Shown: positions 22,928-32,433 of the stretch, one piece after another
Layout of the letters: every line of letters begins with the position of its first letter
Numbering within the stretch: position 1 is the first letter of the stretch
Source of the DNA: a bacterium
GTDB taxonomy: Bacteria; CG2-30-53-67
DNA length: 64,000 nucleotides
Direction of reading: 5' to 3'
Assembly (NCBI GenBank): GCA_919901565.1
Contig: CAKKPE010000050.1
Location: 6,016 to 70,015 of the forward strand
The notes under the pieces: model-generated
Databases searched by the model: none
Told to the model about the DNA's origin: nothing
Seen by the model: only the letters and a program-made list of their open reading frames with translations
Program-made: the position numbers and the translations under genes

Positions 22928-23207
22928 ATGACCGAAATTCCTCACTACAGTTATGAAGATTTGCGCAAGAAGGCTGATGAATTCCTGCGAGAGCATCATC
23001 CTTCCGGTGAAATTCCCATCCCAATCGAAGAGATAGTCGAATTTGATTTCAACGTCAATATCGTACCCGTGCTGGGTCTGCAACGAGAGTTTGAAGTGGA
23101 AGGCTTTACCTCGGGAGACCTGAAGAACATCTATGTGGATGAATACGTTTTTACAGACCGCATCACCCGTTATCGTTTCACCCTTGCCCACGAAATAGGC
23201 CACATTG
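22928..23207 (+). pseudogene. ImmA/IrrE-family metallopeptidase, truncated just after HExxH
   Basis: IPIPIEEIVE...RYRFTLAHEIGHI, then unrelated sequence; the downstream E..A..FA segment is missing. Confidence 0.75.
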
Positions 23208-23620
23208 TGCCTCTGCCGAAGAAGCTGGAAAAGCTTACGAAGAAGTTACACCTAATGTCAGATCAATTAGCTCTGAGAAAAAGCAAGATGATGTTGTTTT
23301 CCAATTAGCACCACTCAACGATCAGCAAATTCGGTATTTTGCCGAACAGAAGGGTGTAAATGATGCGAAAGAATTTATCGATGCTATTGAACGGGCCGAC
23401 GCCGGGATGTTTACTGAACGCCCTCAAGATCTTTTAGAGTTTATTGATTACTGGAAATCAAACGGTCGCCTTGGACGACATGCTGAAATGCTGGATTTCA
23501 ATATCCAAGTGAAGCTTCGCGAGCACGATCTAGATCGTGATACACGGAGACCACTGTCCACGGACGATGCCCTATTGGGTGCAGAACGCCTGGCAGCTAC
23601 GATTATCTTCCAAAAAAAAA
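23208..23620 (+). pseudogene. Internal fragment of a large NACHT/STAND-like ATPase
   Basis: Open frame VFQLAPLNDQQIRYFA...ERPQDLLEFIDYWK...GAERLAA resembles the post-Walker-B/helical region of STAND NTPases. No proper start and no Walker A. Confidence 0.45.
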
Positions 23621-23748
23621 GGATCAAGTCAACATTTAATGTTTTGGAAGTAACCCCATTAGAAATATCCTGGCCTGCTTGCAAATCATATGGATTTAGA
23701 ATAGTCTGAAACCCAAAGAAGATGCTAATTCCCCACAGGAAGAAAACC

Positions 23749-24354
23749 ATGAGCGGTGAGATTGATTTTCAGAAGGTCTACGAAGAATATCAGCCTAAGA
23801 TCGCGCGCTATTTGTCCCGGCTCACAGGCAGGGATGAGGCAGAGGATATGGCCCAGGATGTTTTCGAGAAGGTACACCTCGGACTTGCGGGTTTTGAGGG
23901 AAGATCAAAACTGTCGACCTGGATATACCGTATTGCGACCAACACGGCATTGGACAAACTCCGGTCCCGGTCATTCATTCGCTTAACGGATATAAAACCC
24001 TTGGAGGAGAACCAGAATATCGAAGACAGGAATGTCTGGACCGGGCAGACCAGGACCCCTGTGGACCAGGAGCTGATCAGCAGGGAGATGAACAGTTGTA
24101 TCAGGGGTTATGTTGAAAAGCTCCCGACGGATTATAAAACCGTGATCATCCTCAGCGAAATCGAGGGGTTCAGGAACACGGAGATTGCCGAGATCCTTGA
24201 GGCTTCACTTGAGACTGTAAAGATCAGACTCCACCGGGCCAGGGCCCGCTTGAAAAAAGAACTGGAGGCCCATTGCACCTTTTACCAGAATGAACGGAAC
24301 GTGCTCGCCTGCGACATCAAGACCGCATTGGAAAAACCCGAAAAATCGGATTAA
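23749..24354 (+). CDS. ECF RNA polymerase sigma factor with a Cys-containing C-terminal extension
   Basis: AEDMAQDVF, STWIYRIATNTALDKLR, EIAEIL...TVKIRLHRAR; tail HCTFYQNERNVLACD. Confidence 0.92.
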   Translation: MSGEIDFQKVYEEYQPKIARYLSRLTGRDEAEDMAQDVFEKVHLGLAGFEGRSKLSTWIYRIATNTALDKLRSRSFIRLTDIKPLEENQNIEDRNVWTGQTRTPVDQELISREMNSCIRGYVEKLPTDYKTVIILSEIEGFRNTEIAEILEASLETVKIRLHRARARLKKELEAHCTFYQNERNVLACDIKTALEKPEKSD

Positions 24355-24357
24355 GGG

Positions 24358-24386
24358 TGTATCCTTTTCCCCGGAAACTCCGTCTA
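24358..24386 (+). promoter_or_regulatory. ECF-type promoter, TGTATCC-N16-CGTCTA
   Basis: ECF-like -35/-10 elements (CGTC at -10) starting 4 bp after the sigma stop codon. Confidence 0.6.
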
Positions 24387-24410
24387 CAGAGTGAAAAGGA
24401 GGTGATGGGG

Positions 24411-24578
24411 ATGTGTGCTTCAGAATTCTGTAATCTTTCCTGGTGGTGGTTATTGCCCCTTGTTATGATCGTCCTCTGTTTTTTCATGTTGAGGGGATGT
24501 GGAACCGGCAAGGCAATCTGCACGTGCGGGCCGTTCCGCAAAGGACATGATCGAGCCGAGATATCTGAGGAGGATTAG
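24411..24578 (+). CDS. Small Cys-rich membrane protein
   Basis: AGGAGG RBS; single hydrophobic helix WWWLLPLVMIVLCFFMLR; six Cys in 55 aa. Confidence 0.55.
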   Translation: MCASEFCNLSWWWLLPLVMIVLCFFMLRGCGTGKAICTCGPFRKGHDRAEISEED

Positions 24579-24656
24579 AAGGTGATAAAAAGCAAGTTAC
24601 CAACCGGATGTCTGGTACCTTGGTGACATTTATGCTTTCTCCAGGTATGCATTGAA

Positions 24657-25283
24657 ATGAAATATTTAGTCCTATCAACGTTCTGGATCATCTGGTGCGT
24701 GATTCACAGCGCCATGATATCCATGACCGCAACGGATTATCTGAAATCCCGTTTGGGCCGCGGGTTTCGATTTTACCGCCTGTTTTACAATAGTGTCGCT
24801 GTGGCAACCTTGATCCCTGTGTTGATCTACACCTATGCAATCCATGACCGCCCGGTTTTTCTCTGGGATGGATACCTTCGAGTGATTCAGATTCTCCTGC
24901 TAACTGCAGCGGTCCTTTTGTTCTATGGAGGGGCAAGACGTTTTGACATGTTCCGATTGCTGGGTATTCGTCAGATACAGGAAAGAGAAGTGAGGGAGCC
25001 CATATCCTCCGGCAATCCATTAGACATGACCGGTGTTCTCGGGATGGTCCGTCATCCCTGGTATCTCGGTGTGATTTTGTTCATCTGGGCACGGGACATG
25101 AGTCCTTCGGTATTCATCGTGAACATGATCTTGACCATCTATGTCGTGGTTGGCACATTACTTGAAGAGCGGAAACTGGTGTTCGAGTTCGGTGACGCCT
25201 ATCGAGAATATCAGAAGAGAGTGCCCATGCTCATCCCCTTTTCTCGGATACTGTGGGGACGTCCAAGATGGGAGAGGTCCTGA
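24657..25283 (+). CDS. Isoprenylcysteine carboxyl methyltransferase / NnrU / MddA-like membrane protein
   Basis: HS motif, YRLFYN, VRHPWY, EERKL..EFG..Y..YQKRVPM. Confidence 0.8.
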   Translation: MKYLVLSTFWIIWCVIHSAMISMTATDYLKSRLGRGFRFYRLFYNSVAVATLIPVLIYTYAIHDRPVFLWDGYLRVIQILLLTAAVLLFYGGARRFDMFRLLGIRQIQEREVREPISSGNPLDMTGVLGMVRHPWYLGVILFIWARDMSPSVFIVNMILTIYVVVGTLLEERKLVFEFGDAYREYQKRVPMLIPFSRILWGRPRWERS

Positions 25284-25348
25284 GGAGGATCTGTCTTTGT
25301 ATGTTGAATTCAGATGGGGAAAGGGGCTGTTGCCCCATTTTTTTATTC

Positions 25349-25395
25349 TTGACATAGAGTTTACGTAAATATACAATTATGTATATTAAAGTAAA
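25349..25395 (+). promoter_or_regulatory. Sigma-70 promoter with an overlapping palindromic operator for the AbiE-like operon
   Basis: TTGACA-N17-TACAAT; AATATACA-ATTA-TGTATATT inverted repeat (25368-25387). Confidence 0.7.
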
Positions 25396-25405
25396 AGGAT
25401 TGCTC

Positions 25406-26260
25406 ATGAAACCCTTTGCGTCACGCGTGATTCAGGACCTGGAGATTTTCCAGCTTCTCATCCTGGATGTGATTTATTCTCAACCGTTCTCCCGGAAGCT
25501 CCTGTTTCAGGGAGGGACGTGTCTGCGCTGGGCCTATGCGGGGACCCGCTATTCCGAGGATCTGGATTTTCTGGGAAGGACTTTGGAGGACCCGGAGATC
25601 CTCGGCTTGAAGCAGGCCCTTGAAAAAGGATTGGAGAAAAAGATCCCGGTGCAGTTCGGTCCAGGTTCACTTGAGGTCACCGGAGGGGAAAAGAGGAAAG
25701 GATCGCTTCACACGACCTGGATCAAATATCGGCGTGAAGGGGAGCGGAGCAAGATGGCGGTCAAGATCGAGATGCAGGAGGCCGAGTGGAAAGAGGCCGA
25801 ACGTTTAACCCTCCGTCAGATCCCGGAAGTCAACCGTTTTCTCCGGGAGGCGGCGATCCGCGTACCCTTCGGCAGGAGCGTGATCCTCTGCGCACCGGCG
25901 CCCGAGATCCTGGCTGAGAAGATCAAGGCCATGGTGGAACGGACCTATGTAAAGGGAAGAGACCTCTACGATATCTGGTTCCTGACGCGTACACTGGGTG
26001 TGGCCGCGCCGCCCGCATTGGTTGTGGAAAGGACCCAGGCATATCCCGGGAGGTTTGTTTCCAAACGGAGCCTGCGATTCTTTTTAGATCCCAAGCAAAG
26101 CAAGGAACTGCTCAAGGGGCTGGATGAGCTTCGCCGATTCCTTCCTCCGGAGGAGTTGGAATACTTCAAAGAGCTGGGCTACAAAGAGATCCTGTCGGCG
26201 GTTGAAACAACCGTGAAGGATCTGTTGGAGCAGGGACTTCATGAAAGGATCATCGGCTGA
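25406..26260 (+). CDS. AbiEii-family nucleotidyltransferase toxin (type IV TA)
   Basis: FQGGTCLR..Y...RYSEDLDF; EILAEKIKA...R..GRDLYD. Confidence 0.9.
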   Translation: MKPFASRVIQDLEIFQLLILDVIYSQPFSRKLLFQGGTCLRWAYAGTRYSEDLDFLGRTLEDPEILGLKQALEKGLEKKIPVQFGPGSLEVTGGEKRKGSLHTTWIKYRREGERSKMAVKIEMQEAEWKEAERLTLRQIPEVNRFLREAAIRVPFGRSVILCAPAPEILAEKIKAMVERTYVKGRDLYDIWFLTRTLGVAAPPALVVERTQAYPGRFVSKRSLRFFLDPKQSKELLKGLDELRRFLPPEELEYFKELGYKEILSAVETTVKDLLEQGLHERIIG

Positions 26261-26834
26261 GACGAAACCCAGGGGCCGAACCCCGGCGGGCGACCTTCTT
26301 TCACGGCTTCCTGAAGTGTTTGGTGTCAGGGAGCTTGAGAAGTTTGTCCGTTATCCGGCCCAATGGCTGGTCCGCGCCGCCGCTTCAGGAAAGATCGTTC
26401 GTCTCCAACGGGGGACCTATTGGAACCGATACCGGTATCCGGGCCTGACCGTTCCCTATCTCGCCTGTCACATCAGGGAGGCCCCTTCCTATATCTCCTG
26501 TGAGTGGGCGCTTCATGACAGAGGGATACTGCTTCAACGCCCGTTTGTCTGCTCGGTGGTTACACTGAGTACATCCGTGGGGCGGGAGCGGCAGATCCGC
26601 CTGATGGGTGAGACCATCGAGTTCTCCCACATTTCAAAGAGGCTTTTCTGGGGTTTTGAGCCCGTTGAAGGATATTTCCTGGCCACGGCGGAAAAGGCCT
26701 ATCTCGACACGCTCTATTACGGCAGAGACCCGGAACAGTGGGGAGAACTAGAGAAAGACGCTCTCAACCGTGAAGTGCTCCGGGACATGGCGGAGAAGTT
26801 CCCGCAGTGGGTCGCAAACAGGCTGAGGCCTTGA
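26241..26834 (+). CDS. AbiEi-family antitoxin / transcriptional regulator
   Basis: RLQRGTY, PSYISCEWAL...GI, ATAEKAYLD. Confidence 0.85.
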   Translation: MKGSSAETKPRGRTPAGDLLSRLPEVFGVRELEKFVRYPAQWLVRAAASGKIVRLQRGTYWNRYRYPGLTVPYLACHIREAPSYISCEWALHDRGILLQRPFVCSVVTLSTSVGRERQIRLMGETIEFSHISKRLFWGFEPVEGYFLATAEKAYLDTLYYGRDPEQWGELEKDALNREVLRDMAEKFPQWVANRLRP

Positions 26835-26844
26835 TTCAAAAGCA

Positions 26845-28410
26845 TTATGCCTCCATAGCAAGCAGGATTTCCTTTTCTGCCCCGAATACAACATCCCCCT
26901 TGTCTGAGGAATCGATCCGGATCTTGTTTTCTGCCGGGACCTCGGTGACGGGTTCGGCGGTCTGCTTCTGCGCCTGGTAGATTTCCCATCGTCCGTCCGA
27001 AGAAACCCCGGCCTGCTGCAGGCGGAGTGACAGCCGCCGCTCGACCTCCTGTTCCGGGCAGGTTACCTCGATCACAAAGAACGGGACCCCGATCTGCTCT
27101 GCGATCCGGTAGGCCTGCACCCGGTCCTCTTTTTTCAGGAAGGTCGCATCCATGATTACGGACTGTTGGTTTTTTAATGCTTCCTCGGCCTTGTGCATGA
27201 GGGCCTGATAGGTCCGCCGGGTGAACTCCGCGGAGTAGATCCCCTGGTCAAAGGATTCAAACCGGTGTTCCTCCACGGGGATATCGGCAAGCTCCTTTCG
27301 GATCCGGTCGCTCTGAAACAGGGCTGCATCCATTTCCCGGGAAAGGGGTTCGGCCACCGTGGTTTTCCCTGTCCCGGTCAGGCCGGTCATGATCATGAGG
27401 TACGGTCTCCCGCCGGCATACGAATCGGCCAGGGTGAAATAGGCCTGGGCCGAGGCGAGAGCCGCCTTCCGCTCCTCGTCGGGAAGGTGCGTGTCGTTGT
27501 AGTTGAAGCTTTCCACCTTGCCCCGCACGTAGGCGCGGTAGCACTTGTAAAAGCGGATCAGTTTGAGCAGGTCGAGGTCATGCGTATAATCCACGTAGGT
27601 CCGGACCAGATGGCGGGAGAGATCCCTCGCCTTATGGAAGTCGAGATCCATGGCCAGGAAGGCCAGGTCCGAGGCCACGTCAATATACCGGAACCTGCGA
27701 TTGAATTCCACACAGTCGAAGATCACAATGGGGTCATCAATGCAGATGTGCTCCATGCGGATGTCGCCGTGGCCGTCGCGGATCTTGTTCTCCTGCATTC
27801 TCTTCCGCAGGAGGGGGGCGTGCTGCCCGATGAATCGGCGGGTGAAATCCGAGATGCGGTGATACGCTTCGGGGCTGATACAATCGCCCACGAAGGATTC
27901 GCTCTGGTTGAAATTCTCTTCGGTGTTCTTGGAGATGCGCTGGGGAGAGCCGTAGATGGAGATCTCCGGATCGGTATGGGCGCGGCTGTGGAACCCGATC
28001 AGGAGCAGGGCGATCTTCCGGACCGTATCCTCCCGGATCTTTCCTTGTTGGAGCAGGACGTCCATCATCCGTTCTTTGGGAAGGCGCCGCATCTTTACGG
28101 CGTATTCCACAGCGGGGCCTCCGGACGCTAGGGTGAACCCGCGGTCGGTCTTCCTGATCTCCACCACGTCGAGATAGACATTGGGGGAGAGCCGCTGGTT
28201 CAGCAGCACTTCCTGCTCGCAAAAGAACTTGCGGGCGGAAAGGCCGGTGAAATCCAGGAAGCCGAAGTTCACGGGCTTCTTGATCTTGTAGACAAAACCG
28301 TCGGTGACGAAGAGCGTGGAGATGTAGGTCTCCAGAATTTCCACCCGGGAAGGATGGTCTGGATAGAACCCGGGGTCCTTCATGGCCTTGAGGATTTCCG
28401 ACTGATCCAC
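26845..28410 (-). CDS. Bifunctional aminoglycoside-phosphotransferase-like / AAA kinase (Rv2004c-like)
   Basis: YKIKKPVNFGFLDF, DGHGDIR, FDCVEFN, GLTGTGKT, SDRIRK. Confidence 0.9.
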   Translation of the reverse strand: MDQSEILKAMKDPGFYPDHPSRVEILETYISTLFVTDGFVYKIKKPVNFGFLDFTGLSARKFFCEQEVLLNQRLSPNVYLDVVEIRKTDRGFTLASGGPAVEYAVKMRRLPKERMMDVLLQQGKIREDTVRKIALLLIGFHSRAHTDPEISIYGSPQRISKNTEENFNQSESFVGDCISPEAYHRISDFTRRFIGQHAPLLRKRMQENKIRDGHGDIRMEHICIDDPIVIFDCVEFNRRFRYIDVASDLAFLAMDLDFHKARDLSRHLVRTYVDYTHDLDLLKLIRFYKCYRAYVRGKVESFNYNDTHLPDEERKAALASAQAYFTLADSYAGGRPYLMIMTGLTGTGKTTVAEPLSREMDAALFQSDRIRKELADIPVEEHRFESFDQGIYSAEFTRRTYQALMHKAEEALKNQQSVIMDATFLKKEDRVQAYRIAEQIGVPFFVIEVTCPEQEVERRLSLRLQQAGVSSDGRWEIYQAQKQTAEPVTEVPAENKIRIDSSDKGDVVFGAEKEILLAMEA

Positions 28411-28460
28411 GGGCTTGCCCCTCTGCTTAAGGAAGTTCTATTCGTTGAATTATAAATCTG

Positions 28461-28587
28461 TGACGGCAAAGTAAAAAGCTCCAGATGCAAGGCGCGCAAA
28501 TCCTGAGGAGTGAGGCGTACTTATAGCTACGCTGTAGCGACGAAGGATGCAGCGCAACGCCGCAGATGGACTTTTTACAAAGCCGTG
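28461..28587 (-). mobile_element. Second full copy of the 127-bp miniature element
   Basis: Reverse-complement near-match to 14464-14590; lies about 10 bp from the 3' end of rnpB. Confidence 0.85.
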
Positions 28588-28595
28588 GTAAAAGA

Positions 28596-28959
28596 TCCCA
28601 AGCAGATCTGTAAGCCGGGTTCTGTATCCCGCCGAAGCGGGACGGTAATCATTCCTCTAGCCCCGACGTCGCCATCGGGGTCAAGCGACCTAACCCGGAG
28701 GCATCGGACGGGCCATCCTCAATCGCCTCCCTATTTGGTCTTGCTCCGGATGGGGTTTGCCAGGCTGCCCGGTCACCCGGACACCGGTGGGCTCTTACCC
28801 CGCCATTTCACCTTTACCCCGGACGGATCCGGGGCTGTGTATTTTCTGTGGCACTTTCCTTCCCGTCACCGGGACTTCCCGTTAGGAAGCATCCTGCCCT
28901 GCGGAGCCCGGACTTTCCTCCCCGGTAAAAACCGGGGCGATTACCCGATCTGCTTGGGA
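28596..28959 (-). ncRNA. rnpB: RNase P RNA (type A)
   Basis: Minus strand has GAGGAAAGTCCGGGC near the 5' end and ACAGAACCCGGCTTAC near the 3' end; the termini pair to form P1. Confidence 0.95.
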
Positions 28960-29247
28960 CGGACCTATTGTAGCCTGAAACCGGGGTTTCGTAAAGGGAA
29001 AGAGTTTGGACGGCGGTAGACAAGGACGCTCAAAAATGGCTTCCTTATTTCATTGAATGTGTGTACAATGCAAAACGGATGCACTCAGCCTTGGGATATC
29101 GGCCTTCCAATGAGTTTGAAAACATTCTGAATCAGGAACAAAACTTTAATCCATCCTGTATGTGGACTCTAACTTGATCGAAGAATCTGTCCAGACAGAG
29201 GGGTTCACTCCAGAACATACATGAAAGAACGGGGAAGAGCTGAAGAG

Positions 29248-30057
29248 ATGGAGTCGACGATAAAACACAACTTCCTTAGGCTGTTCTTTGATTTTCTCGG
29301 CAAAAAGACGGTCGCGGCGATACGCGATACAGGGGCGGTAGCGATATTTTTTACGGTTTCCTTTCTCAAGATTTTTCAGCCCAGGCAGCTGCGGGAGATC
29401 GTCCAACAGGTCTTTTACATCGGAGCCAAGTCGGCAAGTATTGTGATGCTCATCGGCCTCTTTACCGGCATGGTGCTCGGTCTTCAGCTTTTCTTTACGC
29501 TGACGAAATTCGGCTCTCAGGGCGTACTCGGTTCGGTCGTTGCCCTCTCGCTCATCAGGGAACTGGGCCCTGTGCTTACGGCGATCATGATTACCGCACG
29601 GGCCGGCTCCGCTATGGCCGCGGAAATCGGCATCCTGCGCATTTCCGAGCAGATCGACGCCCTGTATACCATGCGGATCGATCCTCAACGATACCTCATC
29701 AGTCCGCGTCTTGCCGCCTCCGTCATTAGCTTCCCCCTTCTCACCGCATTTTTTGATCTGATCGGAATACTCGGGGGATATCTCACCGGTGTGCTCCTGC
29801 TCGGTGTGGATAGGGGCGCCTACTTTTATCGAATCCATTCCTATGTGGACCTGGCCGATATCAGGGTCGGCTTCATCAAATCGCTCATCTTTGCCGTGAT
29901 CGTGTCGACGACCTGCTGCTACCAGGGATATTTCACCCACCTCCGTACCGACAGCTACGGCGCAAAAAGCGTCAGTCTTTCGACGACGTCGGCGGTTGTA
30001 TTCTCGTGCGTCCTGATCCTGATCGCAGATTACATCGTGACGTCCTTGCTCATGTAG
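29248..30057 (+). CDS. mlaE: MlaE phospholipid ABC permease
   Basis: RELGPVLTA..ARAGSAMAAEIG..RISEQIDAL; part of a complete EFDCA operon. Confidence 0.92.
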   Translation: MESTIKHNFLRLFFDFLGKKTVAAIRDTGAVAIFFTVSFLKIFQPRQLREIVQQVFYIGAKSASIVMLIGLFTGMVLGLQLFFTLTKFGSQGVLGSVVALSLIRELGPVLTAIMITARAGSAMAAEIGILRISEQIDALYTMRIDPQRYLISPRLAASVISFPLLTAFFDLIGILGGYLTGVLLLGVDRGAYFYRIHSYVDLADIRVGFIKSLIFAVIVSTTCCYQGYFTHLRTDSYGAKSVSLSTTSAVVFSCVLILIADYIVTSLLM

Positions 30058-30065
30058 AGGTGCCT

Positions 30066-31316
30066 GTGGAAACGCCGTTGATAGAATTCAAAGAAGTCAC
30101 CAAGCGGTTTGACGAAAAGACTGTTTTCGACAAGTTGAATTTCACGATTTACGAGAACCAGATCACGACCATCATCGGGAAGAGCGGAAGCGGCAAGAGC
30201 GTTCTCCTCAAACACATCATCGGGCTGCTTTTTCCTGAGGAAGGGAGCATTCTTTTCAAAGGAAGGCCCGTTCACGAGATGAAGAAGGGCGAATGGGACG
30301 GATACCGGAGCCGGATCAGCTACATGTTCCAGGGCAATGCCCTTTTTGATTCAATGACGGTCTTTGAAAACATAGCCCTTCCGCTCAGGCAGACAACAAA
30401 CCTCGTCAGGAAGCAGGTCGAACAGAAAGTGATGTCGCGGATCGAACAGATGGAGATCATAGACGCTGTTCATCAGTACCCGTCGGAGCTCTCGGGGGGA
30501 ATGCAGAAACGGGTGGCCCTTGCCCGCGCTCTCGTAACAGAACCGACCATCGTGCTTTTTGACGAGCCTACAACCGGGCAGGACCCTATCAGGAAAAACG
30601 CCATCCTGAGCATGATCGCCCATTACCGGAAACAGCTCGGCTTCACCGCCGTTCTCATCAGCCATGACATCCCCGACGTTTTTTTTATTTCCGACCGCAT
30701 TCTCCTGCTCTGGGAAGGAAAGATGGCCTTCAGCGGGACCTATGAAGAACTGACGCACCTGAAACATCCGCTGATTGATGAATTTCTCCGGAGCCTCGAA
30801 GGCCTGAGGGACGAGCTCACCGGGCTGCTTTCCAAAGAGATATTCAGGTCCCGGTATGCCCTGACGCTGGGCGGCGGGCGTGTCGACACCACCATCACGG
30901 CCGTGCTTTTCAGCGTCCACCTTGACCTTCTTGGGGATGTGTTCGTTCCCCAAGCTGTTGCAGAGGTCCTCAAAGCCCTCGGTGAGTATGTAAACAAAGT
31001 TTTCGGTCCCCTCGGAGGGTTCTCGGCCCGCCACAGCAGGGACAAGATACTTAGCATTTTGCAGCACATAGGAATTGAAAAAGTCGGGCAATTAGTACAT
31101 GATATAGCCCAGGAGCTCCAGAACAAAGCTCTTCCCGATTTCCAAGCTCATGCCGGTGGCAGGATAGGAGTCAAGCAATGTTTCGAAATATCGGTGACCG
31201 CAGGCATGACTGAAGGCAGCTCTACTGATGACATTGAACAGATCATGGAGAAGGCCGAAGCAAATCAAAAGATAATAGCGAAGTATCGGTGCGGCAAGGA
31301 GGGTGGTTCACCATGA
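30066..31316 (+). CDS. mlaF: MlaF ABC ATPase fused to a degenerate GGDEF-like domain
   Basis: GKSGSGKS, ELSGGMQKRVALAR, then DELTGLLS...ARHSRDKI...ISVTAG...IMEKAE. Confidence 0.8.
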   Translation: METPLIEFKEVTKRFDEKTVFDKLNFTIYENQITTIIGKSGSGKSVLLKHIIGLLFPEEGSILFKGRPVHEMKKGEWDGYRSRISYMFQGNALFDSMTVFENIALPLRQTTNLVRKQVEQKVMSRIEQMEIIDAVHQYPSELSGGMQKRVALARALVTEPTIVLFDEPTTGQDPIRKNAILSMIAHYRKQLGFTAVLISHDIPDVFFISDRILLLWEGKMAFSGTYEELTHLKHPLIDEFLRSLEGLRDELTGLLSKEIFRSRYALTLGGGRVDTTITAVLFSVHLDLLGDVFVPQAVAEVLKALGEYVNKVFGPLGGFSARHSRDKILSILQHIGIEKVGQLVHDIAQELQNKALPDFQAHAGGRIGVKQCFEISVTAGMTEGSSTDDIEQIMEKAEANQKIIAKYRCGKEGGSP

Positions 31317-31786
31317 AAAAGTATTCGATCGAAACGGTTGTGGGCATTTTTGTGATTGCCGGCCTTCTCAGTATTGTATATATGACTGTGAAACTCGGCA
31401 AGGTCTCCCTGTTCGGAGATGATTACTATTCACTTTATGCTAATTTTGGAACGGTGTCCGGTTTGCGGGTCGGCAGCCCTGTTGAGATTGACGGTATCGA
31501 GGCCGGCCGGGTGGAACGATTGAGTATAGACCAGGAAAAACAGGTGGCGGTGGTCGAATTAAAGATCAAGAAAGGAATCAAGGTTTATGATAACGCCGGA
31601 GCGTCAGTCAAGACGGCCGGTCTCATCGGCGATAAATTCATAAAAGTCGATCCCGGAGGCGGAGGCGAGGTCCTTAAGCCGGGCGAAAGGATTACCGAGA
31701 CCACATCTCCCCTCGATATAGAGGATATGATCGGTAAATACGCATTCGGAGATATCAAAAAAGACAATAAAGAGGATACCAAATAA
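31313..31786 (+). CDS. mlaD: MlaD outer-membrane lipid asymmetry protein
   Basis: ETVVGIF, VSGLRVGSPVEIDG, TAGLIGDKFI. Confidence 0.92.
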   Translation: MKKYSIETVVGIFVIAGLLSIVYMTVKLGKVSLFGDDYYSLYANFGTVSGLRVGSPVEIDGIEAGRVERLSIDQEKQVAVVELKIKKGIKVYDNAGASVKTAGLIGDKFIKVDPGGGGEVLKPGERITETTSPLDIEDMIGKYAFGDIKKDNKEDTK

Positions 31787-31803
31787 ACTTTCAGGAGGAA
31801 ACA

Positions 31804-32397
31804 ATGAAGAAACATCTCGTTATCGCGGCACTCATTTTGTGCCTGATCGTTCCGGTTTCCGCCCTTGCAGGGGTTCCGCTTGATATGGTGAAAGGTAATG
31901 TCGACAAAGTGCTGGAGGTACTGCGCGACCCGTCGCTCAAGGCCGAATCCGCCAAGAAGATCAAGAAGGATAAAATCATGGACATTGCGGATAAGATGTT
32001 CGACTTTACCGAACTTTCAAAAAGGACGCTGGCCCAGTACTGGAACAAGTTAAATGCAGCGCAGCAGAAGGAGTTTGTCGATCTCTATAAGTCTCTGCTC
32101 GCGGATACCTATGCGGACAAGATACTGCAGTACACCGAGGAGAAGATAGTCTTCGGCAAAGAGGTGCCGCTTGCCGAAAAGACCGTGGAAGTCCAGAGCA
32201 CGGTCATGAGAAAAAATGGGGATGTCTCGATCTACTACAGAGTGATACAGGATGACGGCTCATGGAGGATCTACGATGTGGTCATCGAAGGCGTAAGCCT
32301 CATCAGTAACTACCGCTCCCAGTTTAAAGAGATCCTTGCGAACAAGCCGCCGGAATCATTACTCGAGACGCTCAGAAAAAAAACTGGCAAAACGTAA
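31804..32397 (+). CDS. mlaC: MlaC periplasmic lipid carrier
   Basis: Signal peptide; FDFTELSKRTL, WRIYDVVIEGVSLISNYRSQF. Confidence 0.92.
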   Translation: MKKHLVIAALILCLIVPVSALAGVPLDMVKGNVDKVLEVLRDPSLKAESAKKIKKDKIMDIADKMFDFTELSKRTLAQYWNKLNAAQQKEFVDLYKSLLADTYADKILQYTEEKIVFGKEVPLAEKTVEVQSTVMRKNGDVSIYYRVIQDDGSWRIYDVVIEGVSLISNYRSQFKEILANKPPESLLETLRKKTGKT

Positions 32398-32433
32398 GCC
32401 GCTCATGAAGAAACCGCAAAAAAGGACAAAACG

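Noticed and set aside
28510-29023. ORFs of 169 aa (+) and 69 aa (-)
   Set aside because: They overlap the RNase P RNA, and the longer one also overlaps the miniature element.
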